In this document: positions 1-9,832 of the stretch, piece after piece
Layout of the letters: the number at the start of each line of letters is the position of its first letter
How positions within the stretch are numbered: the stretch's first letter is position 1
Source: Pedobacter sp.
GTDB lineage: Bacteria > Bacteroidota > Bacteroidia > Sphingobacteriales > Sphingobacteriaceae
Reading direction: 5' to 3'
Assembly (NCBI RefSeq): GCF_965279535.1
Contig: NZ_OZ257244.1
Coordinates: 4,874,713-4,938,712, forward strand
Length of the DNA: 64,000 bases
Translations under genes and position numbers: made by a program
The notes under the pieces: generated by a model
What the model was told of the DNA's origin: nothing
The model's input: only the letters and a program-made list of their open reading frames with translations
Database searches by the model: none

Positions 1-1
1 A

Positions 2-1042
2 GAGGGCTTACAAAAATATTCAGGTACTTCAGATCAGGTAAAAAAACAGTTAACAGCCGAAGCAAAAGTGATCAGGGCATATTGTTATTTTAACCTGGTA
101 AATACTTTTGGCGGTGTACCATTGGTATTAACTACTGATGTAAGTGTTAGTGCCATGTTGCCTAAGGAAACTGTTGCCAATGTTTATGCACAAATCACAA
201 CCGATTTAACAGAAGGTAAAGCAAACTTACTGGCCGATTATTCTGCATCCGGAAATACCAGATTAGGCGTTAACAAATTTGTAGCTGCGGCTTTACTGGC
301 CAGGGTAAGCTTATTTACGGCAGATTATCCAGCTGCAGAAAGTAATGCTTCAGAAGTTATTGCCTCAAATTTGTACAGCATGATTTCTTCTGCCAATATC
401 GCAACAGGGGTATGGGTAAAGAACAATACCGAAAGTATATGGCAAATGTCATCGCCGCTTAACCCAACCCAACAATACACGGTAGAGGCAGGAACATTCT
501 TACCATTTACCGGATCTAATCCTCAGTTTGAGATTCGCCCAGCTTTCTTATCGCTCTTCAGCGCTACTGACCTTCGTCGCCAGCGTTGGATGACAAATTA
601 CACGGTAGCAGGCGTAATCAAAGTGGTACCCTTTAAATATAAATACATAACGAATGCGGCCGCAGTGGCAGCAAATGTGATAGAAGCACCTACAACTATG
701 CGTTTAGCTGAACAATACCTAATCAGGGCAGAGGCAAGAGCCCGAATTGGAACCAATTTGGGTGGCGCATTGAGCGATTTAAATGTGATCCGTACCAGGG
801 CGCAGGCAGATGTGAGTACAAGTACTACACAGGCCGCGCTGATTTCCGAAATAGCCTTAGAAAACCGCAAAGAATTCTTTTGCGAACAAGCTTACCGTTG
901 GTACAATCTGAAACGGACCGGAGAAGCCGATGCGGTAATAGGGGCATTGAAACCCAGTTACCGGCCTGCTGCGAAATTGCTTCCGTTCCCTAATAATGCT
1001 GTAGATGCCAATCCAAATTTAATCCAAAACCCGGGTTACTAA
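2..1042 (+). CDS. RagB/SusD family outer-membrane lipoprotein, 5'-truncated by the window edge
   Basis: Frame is open from nt 2 (EGLQKYSG...EAKVIRAYCYFNL). SusD motifs RAYCYFNLVNTFGGVPL, RLAEQYLIRAEA, ENRKEFFCEQAYRWYNLKR and terminal NPNLIQNPGY. Confidence 0.93.
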   Translation, partial: EGLQKYSGTSDQVKKQLTAEAKVIRAYCYFNLVNTFGGVPLVLTTDVSVSAMLPKETVANVYAQITTDLTEGKANLLADYSASGNTRLGVNKFVAAALLARVSLFTADYPAAESNASEVIASNLYSMISSANIATGVWVKNNTESIWQMSSPLNPTQQYTVEAGTFLPFTGSNPQFEIRPAFLSLFSATDLRRQRWMTNYTVAGVIKVVPFKYKYITNAAAVAANVIEAPTTMRLAEQYLIRAEARARIGTNLGGALSDLNVIRTRAQADVSTSTTQAALISEIALENRKEFFCEQAYRWYNLKRTGEADAVIGALKPSYRPAAKLLPFPNNAVDANPNLIQNPGY

Positions 1043-1050
1043 AAAGAAAC

Positions 1051-3618
1051 ATGAAAAATAACATATTCAACCTGAACACCAAGCCTAAAAGCTTGGTGTT
1101 AGCTACCGCTTTGCTCGTTTTAACAGCAAGTTCATGTAGCGTTTTTAAGAAGAACAAACGTAAAAAGGCAGCTGCAGCATCCACAGCTGCATTGGCTACT
1201 AAACCGAAAGCTGATAGTGTCAAAAGTGTCATCAGGCCTTACAGTGAGATAGTTACAGCTAAGGCAGTAACTCAAAAAGGTTTGTTTACCGTTCATAAAG
1301 TGAACGATAAATACTTTTTTGAAATTCCCAATCAACTATTAAAAAAAGAAATTTTAGCGGTAAACCGACTAAGCAAATCTACTCCCGGAGCAGGTAACTA
1401 TGGAGGTGAAGAAGTAAGTTCGAGAATTATTTATTGGGATTTAGGTCCGAATAATAAATTGTTCTTAAAAGTTTCGGCTACAGTGAGTATTGCCGATTCT
1501 AGCGATATGATTTCTAAAGCAGTGGCGAGCTCTAATCTGAATCCCATTATGGCAGCTTTCCCGATCAAGGCAAAAAGTAAAGATTCATCAGGAGTTGTAA
1601 TTGATGTAACTGATTTCTTGATTAGCGAAACCCCGCTATTATCCTTTAATGGTGAAAATAAGAAGAGCTATGGTTTAGGTCCACAGGTGGCAGATCGTTC
1701 TTACGTCGAGAGTGTAAAGAGTTTCCCAATCAATACAGAGGTAAAAAGCATCAGGACTTATACCGCTGTGGGTGGAAACTTGCCTGCAGTTAGCGAAGCG
1801 GGGGCGATTACATTAGGAATGAACACCTCTTTTATCAAGCTTCCCGAAAACCCCTTAAGAAAACGGATATACGATCCACGTGTTGGCTTTTTTGCCAGTG
1901 CAAATATTTTGTATAAAGATAACCAGCAAAAAGTAGAGCAAGAGGCATTCATCCACCGCTGGAGACTAGAACCTAAAGCAGAAGATTTAGAGAAATTCAG
2001 ACGTGGGGAATTGGTAGAGCCTCAAAAACAGATTGTTTATTATATCGATCCGGCAACGCCTAAGAAATGGAGACCGTTCTTAATCGCCGGGGTTAACGAT
2101 TGGCAAAAGGCTTTCGAACAGGCTGGTTTTAAGAATGCAATTGTGGCGAAAGAATGGCCGGAAGCAGATACCACAATGAGTTTGGATGATGCCCGTTTTT
2201 CGGTAATCCGTTACTTCGCCTCTCCTCAGCAAAATGCCTACGGTCCAAATATCGCCGACCCGAGAACTGGTGAGATTTTGGAAAGTCACATCGGTTGGTA
2301 CCACAACGTAATGAATTTGGTCCACCGTTGGTACATGATTCAGGCAGGTGCCATCGATCCAAGGGCCCGTAAAAATAAGTTCGACGATGAATTAATGGGA
2401 CAGTTAATCCGCTTCGTGTCTTCCCATGAAATTGGCCATACCTTAGGTTTAAGGCATAATATGGGGGCCAGTAGTACGGTGCCTGTCGAAAAATTACGCG
2501 ATAAAAACTGGGTAGAAGCTCACGGACATACACCATCTATTATGGATTATGCCCGTTTCAATTATGTGGCACAACCTGAAGATCATATCAGTGAAAAAGG
2601 AATTTTCCCAAGAATTAACGATTATGATAAATGGGCCATTCAGTGGGGTTATAAACCCATTTTAGATCAGCCAGATGCACAGGCAGAACGGAAAATATTA
2701 AATAAGTGGACAATCGACAGCCTGGCCGGCAACAAACGCCTGTGGTTTGGTGGAGAAGGTAAAGATTTTGATCCACGGTCTCAGGCAGAAGATTTGGGAG
2801 ATGATGGTATTAAGGCCAGCTTGTATGGAATCAAAAATCTTAAAAGAATTGTTCCTCAGTTAATTAACTGGACAAGCGAAGAAGGTAAAGGCTTTGCTAA
2901 TTTGGAAGAAATGTACAAGGAAGCCGTAGGACAATATAGCCGTTATGCATTCCATGTAGTGAAAAATTTGGGAGGCGTTATGGTAACGGAGCGAACCTAC
3001 GATCAATCGGGTCCGGTTTATCAGTCTGTGAGTTTAGCCAAACAAAAAGAGGCGATTAAATTTATGAATGAGCAGATTTTTGCTACACCAACCTGGTTAT
3101 TAAATAAGCAAATTTTGAACAAAATTGATCCGGGATATGGATTCAATGATGTTCAACGCGTTCAGCAAGGTGTTTTGGCGGCAGCTACCTCGCAAAGCAG
3201 GCTTTATCGAATGATGGTGAATCAACGTGATAATGGTAAGGGTGCTTATTCTCCGCGAGAATGGCTTAACGATTTAAAGACAGGTATTTTCACTGAATTA
3301 AAATCGGGTAAACCTACGGATGAATACCGCAGAGCGCTACAGAAAATGTATGTAGGTAGCATAATTACCATGTATAACAAACGTTTCGCCTTGCAAGGCT
3401 CTACAGATAATATTCTGGCTTCTGTAACACCAACTGAAATTTTGTTGTATTCGAATGTGAAATCTTTGGCCTTTGCACACTTAAAAGATTTGCGTGAAGA
3501 TATCACTAAGGGAGCGGCAAGCGCTAAAGATCAGGACACAAAAATTCACTTCCAATACCTGAAACAGATGTTGGATAAAATTGTGAATGAATCTCCTATC
3601 CCAGGGTTAAATTATTAA
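1051..3618 (+). CDS. Zinc-dependent metalloprotease lipoprotein (DUF5117/DUF5118/EcxA-like Met-zincin)
   Basis: Lipobox-like LTASSC, extended zinc motif HEIGHTLGLRHN, Met-turn SIMDY, and family segments YYIDPATPKKWR and DARFSVIRY. Confidence 0.9.
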   Translation: MKNNIFNLNTKPKSLVLATALLVLTASSCSVFKKNKRKKAAAASTAALATKPKADSVKSVIRPYSEIVTAKAVTQKGLFTVHKVNDKYFFEIPNQLLKKEILAVNRLSKSTPGAGNYGGEEVSSRIIYWDLGPNNKLFLKVSATVSIADSSDMISKAVASSNLNPIMAAFPIKAKSKDSSGVVIDVTDFLISETPLLSFNGENKKSYGLGPQVADRSYVESVKSFPINTEVKSIRTYTAVGGNLPAVSEAGAITLGMNTSFIKLPENPLRKRIYDPRVGFFASANILYKDNQQKVEQEAFIHRWRLEPKAEDLEKFRRGELVEPQKQIVYYIDPATPKKWRPFLIAGVNDWQKAFEQAGFKNAIVAKEWPEADTTMSLDDARFSVIRYFASPQQNAYGPNIADPRTGEILESHIGWYHNVMNLVHRWYMIQAGAIDPRARKNKFDDELMGQLIRFVSSHEIGHTLGLRHNMGASSTVPVEKLRDKNWVEAHGHTPSIMDYARFNYVAQPEDHISEKGIFPRINDYDKWAIQWGYKPILDQPDAQAERKILNKWTIDSLAGNKRLWFGGEGKDFDPRSQAEDLGDDGIKASLYGIKNLKRIVPQLINWTSEEGKGFANLEEMYKEAVGQYSRYAFHVVKNLGGVMVTERTYDQSGPVYQSVSLAKQKEAIKFMNEQIFATPTWLLNKQILNKIDPGYGFNDVQRVQQGVLAAATSQSRLYRMMVNQRDNGKGAYSPREWLNDLKTGIFTELKSGKPTDEYRRALQKMYVGSIITMYNKRFALQGSTDNILASVTPTEILLYSNVKSLAFAHLKDLREDITKGAASAKDQDTKIHFQYLKQMLDKIVNESPIPGLNY

Positions 3619-3627
3619 AAAATCGCT

Positions 3628-4734
3628 ATGATCAGTTTAAAAAGGAAACGTTCTAAAACAGCACTTATCGCTTTAGCATTGATCTCTATTTCGGCAGCCT
3701 TTTCGTTTAAGGCTGCCAATTATGAATTCGATGGTGTGCTGGCGGGCCCCGATGGGACGGTTATCAAGCTGAGCTATCGCTATGAGGGAAAAGAAGTAGC
3801 AGATTCAACAGTTTTAAAGAATAACCATTTCTCGTTGAAAGGCGCATTGCCAGAAACAATGATTTGTACATTGAGTAATTCTGCTAATCAGCAGATTAAA
3901 ATATTTGTAGCACAAAATACCATTATTGGTTTTTCAGGAACACTGGATAAATTTTATGATTTAGCAATAAAGGGAGCAACAGAAAATACTCTTTATCAGG
4001 GTTTTAAAAGTAAAACTTTATCACTTTCGGGAGATTATCGTAAAAGCATAGAAAAAGCGAAAATTGATCGCCATGACCGGAGAAATCTACATTTTTTAAA
4101 TTATAAAAGACGGGTAGATAGCCTGACTATTGATTTTGTAAAACGCAATAGTGCTTCTTCTGTTGCGGCTTTAGTTATGATTGATAGTTATTTGAATGAT
4201 ACAGATAGAAAACAGGCCGCTAATGGCTACGCACTGTTGTCTGAGAAAGGAAAAAGCACTTTTTATGCCAAACGGATTAAGCAGTTTATTGATACTGCAG
4301 TAGCCATCAGTAAGGGTAATGAGGCTCCAGCTTTTACTTTGGCCGATTTAACCGGCAAAGCGGTGAAACTGAGTGATTACCGAGGAAAATATGTTTTACT
4401 GGATTTTTGGGCGAGCTGGTGCCCGCCATGCAGAGCTGAGCATCCTTTGCTTAAGCAATTGGAGCAGCGTTATGGAAAAGAAATTGTATTTCTGAGCATA
4501 TCCATGGATGCGGTAAGTAAATCATGGAAACAGGCTGTGCAGGCAGACCAATTAACCTGGACTCAGCTCAACGACCCACAATCAACCAATGGTGAAGTCG
4601 CCGACAGTTATGGGATCAAAAGCCTCCCCTTTAACTGTATTATTGGCCCAGATGGAAAAATATTAGCAACAAAATTGAGAGGGCAGGACCTGGCAAATTT
4701 TCTTGCCAAAAACTTCACCTTACCAAGGAACTAG
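3628..4734 (+). CDS. TlpA-family thiol-disulfide oxidoreductase with N-terminal DUF4369-like region
   Basis: APAFTLADLTGKAVKLSDYRGKYVLLDFWASWCPPCRAE (CxxC thioredoxin fold), with an N-terminal signal segment. Confidence 0.9.
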   Translation: MISLKRKRSKTALIALALISISAAFSFKAANYEFDGVLAGPDGTVIKLSYRYEGKEVADSTVLKNNHFSLKGALPETMICTLSNSANQQIKIFVAQNTIIGFSGTLDKFYDLAIKGATENTLYQGFKSKTLSLSGDYRKSIEKAKIDRHDRRNLHFLNYKRRVDSLTIDFVKRNSASSVAALVMIDSYLNDTDRKQAANGYALLSEKGKSTFYAKRIKQFIDTAVAISKGNEAPAFTLADLTGKAVKLSDYRGKYVLLDFWASWCPPCRAEHPLLKQLEQRYGKEIVFLSISMDAVSKSWKQAVQADQLTWTQLNDPQSTNGEVADSYGIKSLPFNCIIGPDGKILATKLRGQDLANFLAKNFTLPRN

Positions 4735-4818
4735 AAAAGAGAGTTAGTTTAATGATGACAAGCGCAGTTGGTGGATGCCACTGCGCTTCTTTTTTATTAC
4801 AGCATAATATGCAACGAG

Positions 4819-6090
4819 ATGAATAGAAATACATTTATGACCACAACCAGGGTTTTCATAATCCTGATATTTGCTTTTACACAAATCAATGCAAAGCCAA
4901 ACAGCAATTTGATTAGAAAGCCAATTATGGCTGATTCTTTGTTGATTTTGAAGAATGTGCACGTTTTAGACGTTAAGAAAGGAAAATTTTGGCTGGGGAA
5001 GGATATCGTCATTCGTTCAGGAAAGATTATTAAAATAGGCAAGGCACCGCGAAAATTAGATCGTGCAAAAGTGTTGGATTTAACCGGAAGTTTTGTTATA
5101 CCCGGCCTAATTGATGCACACGTTCATGTTACGGCTCACAGAAGTAATAATATTGAAAATACCTATAAGCATCTGGAGTATTTCCTGAAACATGGCATTA
5201 CTTCCGTTCGGGACGCAGGTGGCGACGGAGCATCCTTATTGAAGGCACAAACTGAAATCCGGGAGGGGAGAAGGATTGGATCAGATGTTTATTTCTCCTC
5301 CTTTATGGCGGGTGATTGGTATTACAATAGAGATCAGGGGCTTAGGAACGAACCTTACAGCCCCTGGGAGCAACGCTTAGTGCCTGGCGATTATTTGGAT
5401 AAAGCAATGGCCTCGGCTAAAGCCAGCGGGGCAACCGGGGTGAAGCTTTATCATTCGTTCGATAAAAATTTTTTACCGAAAGTGGCTAAGGCCGCGAGGC
5501 GCCACAACCTGAAAGTTTGGGGACATACTATGATGTACCCTGCCAAACCGATAGAAGTGGTTAAATCAGGCGTACAGGTACTCTCTCATGTTTCTATGCT
5601 GGAAACGATGAAAACGGATACCTTATTTTACAGAAGAACTACATCAGCAGCTTACAAGGATAGCGTAATTGCAAATTTAGATATCACTGAATTTTGTAGG
5701 GAAATGAAAGCTCATCACGCCATATTGGATGCAACTTTATGTGTTTCAGAAAGAGATCGATGGGTTTTTCCTTTAGCAAAAAGGGTTCATCAGCAAGGTG
5801 TTAAAATTGTAGCTGGTACCGATCAGATTGTTGATTTGAAAAGTTCTTATCCACGTTTGGTAGATGAATTGGATTACTATATTAAAGAAGCTGGTTTTAC
5901 AGCTGCGGAAGCCATTCGCTCTGCTACCATAACTGGTGCAGAAGTACTGGGGCAGGAGAAAAATATTGGAAGTATTAAATCAGGGAAACAGGCCGATTTG
6001 CTAATCCTGAGAAATAATCCGCTTTTAAACATCAGGGCGCTCGAAAACATCAGTCTGGTGATTAAGTCAGGGAAAATATTGATAAATTAA
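4819..6090 (+). CDS. Secreted metal-dependent amidohydrolase (Xaa-Pro dipeptidase/imidazolonepropionase-like)
   Basis: PGLIDAHVH, GITSVRDAGG, KIVAGTD and GSIKSGKQADLLIL motifs. ATG 4819 is preferred over the GTG at 4768; ATG 4837 is also possible. Confidence 0.85.
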   Translation: MNRNTFMTTTRVFIILIFAFTQINAKPNSNLIRKPIMADSLLILKNVHVLDVKKGKFWLGKDIVIRSGKIIKIGKAPRKLDRAKVLDLTGSFVIPGLIDAHVHVTAHRSNNIENTYKHLEYFLKHGITSVRDAGGDGASLLKAQTEIREGRRIGSDVYFSSFMAGDWYYNRDQGLRNEPYSPWEQRLVPGDYLDKAMASAKASGATGVKLYHSFDKNFLPKVAKAARRHNLKVWGHTMMYPAKPIEVVKSGVQVLSHVSMLETMKTDTLFYRRTTSAAYKDSVIANLDITEFCREMKAHHAILDATLCVSERDRWVFPLAKRVHQQGVKIVAGTDQIVDLKSSYPRLVDELDYYIKEAGFTAAEAIRSATITGAEVLGQEKNIGSIKSGKQADLLILRNNPLLNIRALENISLVIKSGKILIN

Positions 6091-6125
6091 ATACACAATT
6101 GATTCTGATTCTTGGGCTCAGGGAA

Positions 6126-6150
6126 AAAGGAGCAGAATTTCTGCTCCTTT
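6126..6150. terminator. Bidirectional intrinsic terminator between convergent genes
   Basis: Perfect inverted repeat AAAGGAGCAGAA-T-TTCTGCTCCTTT with A/T flanks. Confidence 0.75.
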
Positions 6151-6240
6151 AAATTGATGGTTAATATAGTCGTAAAATGAATTTATAAATTCAAGGTCGG
6201 TCTGATTATGCCTAAAATAGGCGCTACCTAATATTCAGCT

Positions 6241-7629
6241 TTACTGTTCGCTTAAAGTACTTGGCTCTACAACGGGTTGGGGCAGGTTTAATGCAGAAAT
6301 CTCTGTATAGATGTTTTCATTTACCCGAAAGCCCCATTTTCTGAAGAACACGGTGAGGTCTTTTCCAGAGATATTACATGCTTTTAGCATAAAAAAGCGC
6401 ATTTTTTCTTCATCTGTATTAACGCTAGGATTTTCTATTCGAGTAGCTTTATGTAATTGATGGTAAAAATTATCGCCAAAAGCCATCCATAATTGGTGGA
6501 ACATGCTAAGTCGTACCCATTCGCGCTTACTTGGCATAAAAGCATTATCATTAAAGTTTTTTGTTGAACTGGTATCTGCTAAAAATGTTGCAACAAGTGG
6601 CCAAACATTATCACGTTTTAACCTTGAAGGTGTAACCCCCATTGCTCTTTCTACTGCGAGACTATAAATATTCACGGTTACTTCTCCAAGGCCATCCCAT
6701 TTCCAGGGCTGCTGCTGATGCATATGCCCCAACTCGTGCCACGGTCCCCAGCCATCAATTCCTCCAATTTTTGAAGTAAATGGAGCACTTGCTGCATTTG
6801 TAACGTAAGACGTTCGATACGAGGTCGCAGCCATCCAGCCTGTACCGTCATTTTCTGTCATCAAGATCCTCTGATGTATATTCGGTTCATGCTCAGGTGC
6901 TGAACTGTCTAAACCGGAAATGGCATCCTCTACATCCATTACCTGATCGGCTTTACTGAGGACATAGTTGTTGTCTTGTGCTTGTGTGGTCAATGCCCTT
7001 TCTCTGGAATACACCTGATATACACGATCCCCAATTAATACCACATCAGGAGATTGAGTAAAGCTGTTTAACTGATTAGTCCAGTCTGCTGCGGTAGTCT
7101 GGTTTTTAATATAAGTTGGTACAGATATGTGACCGCTTACAAAGGTAATTCTCACTCTGCTGGAAGGGCTGCCTGAAGCACGAAAACGTACCCAGATTAA
7201 ACCTCCATACTCATTTGAAGTAATGTTATTTGTATCAGCAGTAAGCGTAAATTCCTGTGGATTGGGGTTTGTGGAGTATCGGGAATAAGTACCAATCAGA
7301 AGTTTGGGTCTTTTAGTTCCTTTTAACTGTTTAACCACAATTTGCATTGTGGTGTTGGGAGCGAGGTAAAAGCCTGTCGGATCAAAATCAGACCATGGGC
7401 TTCCCATTTTTAGCCTGGTTTTTTCTGCGTTAGCATCTTTTAGTTCATAAAAATCCTGAGTGTTGCTTCCAACAGTTGTTGTTAGCTTGGGGTTGCTGGA
7501 AGCAGAAAGCTCATCGGGTTTTTTTAGGTTTTCATTTTCCAGTTCAAGGTTTTCTTTACAGCCGAAGAAGGACAGAAATAGTACCATAATGCCTGTTGTA
7601 GACAGAATGTTAAACATTTTGAAGTTCAT
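6241..7629 (-). CDS. M60-like (enhancin-type) metallopeptidase lipoprotein
   Basis: Lipobox FLSFFGC, N-terminal M60 segment DFDPTGFYLAPN, zinc motif GWGPWHELGHMHQ followed by GEVTVNIYSL. Confidence 0.9.
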   Translation of the reverse strand: MNFKMFNILSTTGIMVLFLSFFGCKENLELENENLKKPDELSASSNPKLTTTVGSNTQDFYELKDANAEKTRLKMGSPWSDFDPTGFYLAPNTTMQIVVKQLKGTKRPKLLIGTYSRYSTNPNPQEFTLTADTNNITSNEYGGLIWVRFRASGSPSSRVRITFVSGHISVPTYIKNQTTAADWTNQLNSFTQSPDVVLIGDRVYQVYSRERALTTQAQDNNYVLSKADQVMDVEDAISGLDSSAPEHEPNIHQRILMTENDGTGWMAATSYRTSYVTNAASAPFTSKIGGIDGWGPWHELGHMHQQQPWKWDGLGEVTVNIYSLAVERAMGVTPSRLKRDNVWPLVATFLADTSSTKNFNDNAFMPSKREWVRLSMFHQLWMAFGDNFYHQLHKATRIENPSVNTDEEKMRFFMLKACNISGKDLTVFFRKWGFRVNENIYTEISALNLPQPVVEPSTLSEQ

Positions 7630-7663
7630 AAAATTGGGATTAAGGTGAAGTATTTCAGCTAAA

Positions 7664-7789
7664 GAGACTTAATTTTAATGTTACACACACTGTATTATTT
7701 TTCAGAGGTATTGTATAGCTTAACAGTAGACATATATTGATGGTTAATCATTCGTAAAAGCAGTGTGTGTGGCTTTAAGAATAGGTCTC
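7664..7789. repeat. Long imperfect inverted repeat in the M60/ECF intergenic region
   Basis: Ungapped arms 7664-7692 and 7761-7789: 23/29 Watson-Crick pairs and 4 T-G pairs, including the perfect core ACACACACTG/CAGTGTGTGT. Confidence 0.7.
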
Positions 7790-7894
7790 CATAATTTTAA
7801 TAAGATGCCGTTAAAATCTGTCCCGTGTAATGAAATGATAATTTATTTCGTATGTTCGGTATCTTAAAATTTTGAGCTAACCAAGGGTTTTGTA

Positions 7895-8488
7895 ATGAAG
7901 AGCTATACTGGATTTACCGATGCTGAATTGATTTCTTACCTGAATCAGGATGATCAGTATGCTTTTACAGAGATTTACAGACGCTATTGGGATAAGATTT
8001 ATATAATTGCACGCAAGCGCTTAGGCAATAGCATGGACGCAGAAGAGATTGTTCAGAATATTTTTCTTAATCTTTGGAGAAAACGATCCACTTTTGAGTT
8101 AACCACCCAGTTTCCCAATTATTTTGCTGTGGCAACAAAGTTCGAAGTAATGGATTTAATGCGGAAGCAAGCCAGCATTTTTGAGTATGTGAAGGATTTT
8201 AAAAAGAAATTTTCCGAGCTGGATATGCAAACTCAACAGGAAATTGAGTTTTCGGAGTTTAAAGAGCAAATGCAATCAATCATTACTGCACTGCCAGATA
8301 AATGCCAGATGGTGATTAAGCTAAAATACAATGAAGGGCTCTCGCAGAAAGAAATTGCAGCACAATTAAACATCTCTGAGAAAACGGTTGAGGCCCATCT
8401 TGCCAAAGGCAGAAAAATCCTCCAGCAATCGCTTATGGATTATAATATTCAAATTTTGGTATGTTGCTTATATCTTTTTAGAGATTAG
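7895..8488 (+). CDS. ECF RNA polymerase sigma-70 factor (Bacteroidota ECF type)
   Basis: Region 2 AFTEIYRRYWDKI...AEEIVQNIFLNLW and region 4 LPDKCQMVIKLKYNEGLSQKEIAAQLNISEKTVEAHL; directly upstream of a FecR gene. Confidence 0.93.
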   Translation: MKSYTGFTDAELISYLNQDDQYAFTEIYRRYWDKIYIIARKRLGNSMDAEEIVQNIFLNLWRKRSTFELTTQFPNYFAVATKFEVMDLMRKQASIFEYVKDFKKKFSELDMQTQQEIEFSEFKEQMQSIITALPDKCQMVIKLKYNEGLSQKEIAAQLNISEKTVEAHLAKGRKILQQSLMDYNIQILVCCLYLFRD

Positions 8489-8589
8489 GAAACCAAGACA
8501 AAATCGTCCAAAAAAAATATTTTCATTTCGACTAAGGGATTTTTTGTTCTGAAACGGCTTGATAATAAACCAAGCTATTTTCTAACCGA

Positions 8590-9753
8590 ATGTCAACACC
8601 TAAACCGCCTAAAAGAATTTTACTTTTAGCCCAGAAATGGCTGAATAATACAATTACAGCATCCGAAAAAAAGGAATTCGATGACTGGTATAATGCATTC
8701 GACGATACTGTTTTTGATGTAGATTCACCAGAAGGATTTCAAGAATTGGGAGATGAAATTCATACTAAAATTCTCAGTAAGATTAATCGCGAGCATAAAC
8801 GTAGCAGCCTTAAGCTTTGGAAAACCATCACCATTGCCGCTACAATGATACTGGTGTTTGCTGGCGCTTTACTCGTCTACCAAAAATCAAAGCCTCAGTC
8901 AGAAACCAATCAAACTGCTACGGTAAATATTCTCCCAGGCAAAAATCAGGCTACACTTACACTGGATAATGGTAAAAAAATCTTTCTGAACGATGTGGTA
9001 AATGGTGAACTTGCTGCTGCTGGCAATGTAAAAATTGTGAAGATAGAGAATGGTCAGTTATTGTATAAGGTTGATGGAGCTAAGGCCCAGCCAGGCGATA
9101 CAGCAGCTTTTAACACCATTGAAACTCCTCGTGGTGGTCAATATCAAATTGCACTTCCCGATGGAACGCATGTTTGGTTAAATGCAGGGTCATCCTTACG
9201 CTTTCCGGTTGCCTTTGCTGCTAAGAATCGAATGGTTAAACTTCAGGGCGAAGCTTATTTTGAAGTTGCCCACAATGCTAAAAAGCCATTTCTCGTGAGT
9301 ACGGAAAAACAAACCGTAGAAGTGTTAGGAACACATTTCAACGTTAATGCTTATCAAGGCGAAACATTTACCAAAACAACCCTGCTCGAAGGGAAAGTAA
9401 AGGTGTATCGTGCAAGCGCTAATGGAGCCATAAAAGAAAATAGCATTTTGTTTCCAGGAGAGCAGGCAAGTCTGAGTAAAGATCATTTAGTGGTGAAGCA
9501 GGTAGAAGCCGAAAACGAAATTGCCTGGAAGAATGGCTATTTTATCTTCAATGGCGATGATTTTGAAACTTCTATGAGAACCATCGGAAGGTGGTATAAC
9601 GTTGAAATTATTTGCCAAGGCAATTTTGACGATATCGTCTTAGGTGGAACCATGTCACGGTCTAAAAAATTAGATGAAACATTAACGGTTCTGTCTTTAA
9701 CGCAAAAGATAAAATTCAGATACGAAGGCCGAAAGGTGATTGCAACAAGGTAA
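8590..9753 (+). CDS. fecR: FecR-family anti-sigma factor
   Basis: Single TM helix, NTIETPRGGQYQIALPDGTHVWLNAGSSL, VKLQGEAYFEVAH and VEVLGTHFNVNAY. Confidence 0.93.
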   Translation: MSTPKPPKRILLLAQKWLNNTITASEKKEFDDWYNAFDDTVFDVDSPEGFQELGDEIHTKILSKINREHKRSSLKLWKTITIAATMILVFAGALLVYQKSKPQSETNQTATVNILPGKNQATLTLDNGKKIFLNDVVNGELAAAGNVKIVKIENGQLLYKVDGAKAQPGDTAAFNTIETPRGGQYQIALPDGTHVWLNAGSSLRFPVAFAAKNRMVKLQGEAYFEVAHNAKKPFLVSTEKQTVEVLGTHFNVNAYQGETFTKTTLLEGKVKVYRASANGAIKENSILFPGEQASLSKDHLVVKQVEAENEIAWKNGYFIFNGDDFETSMRTIGRWYNVEIICQGNFDDIVLGGTMSRSKKLDETLTVLSLTQKIKFRYEGRKVIATR

Positions 9754-9832
9754 GTGCTACTAAAACTTTAACCATTGCGATAATTCTTAAACGAGCATCC
9801 CTAACAAGTTTTAAATTTTTAATAACCAAAAT

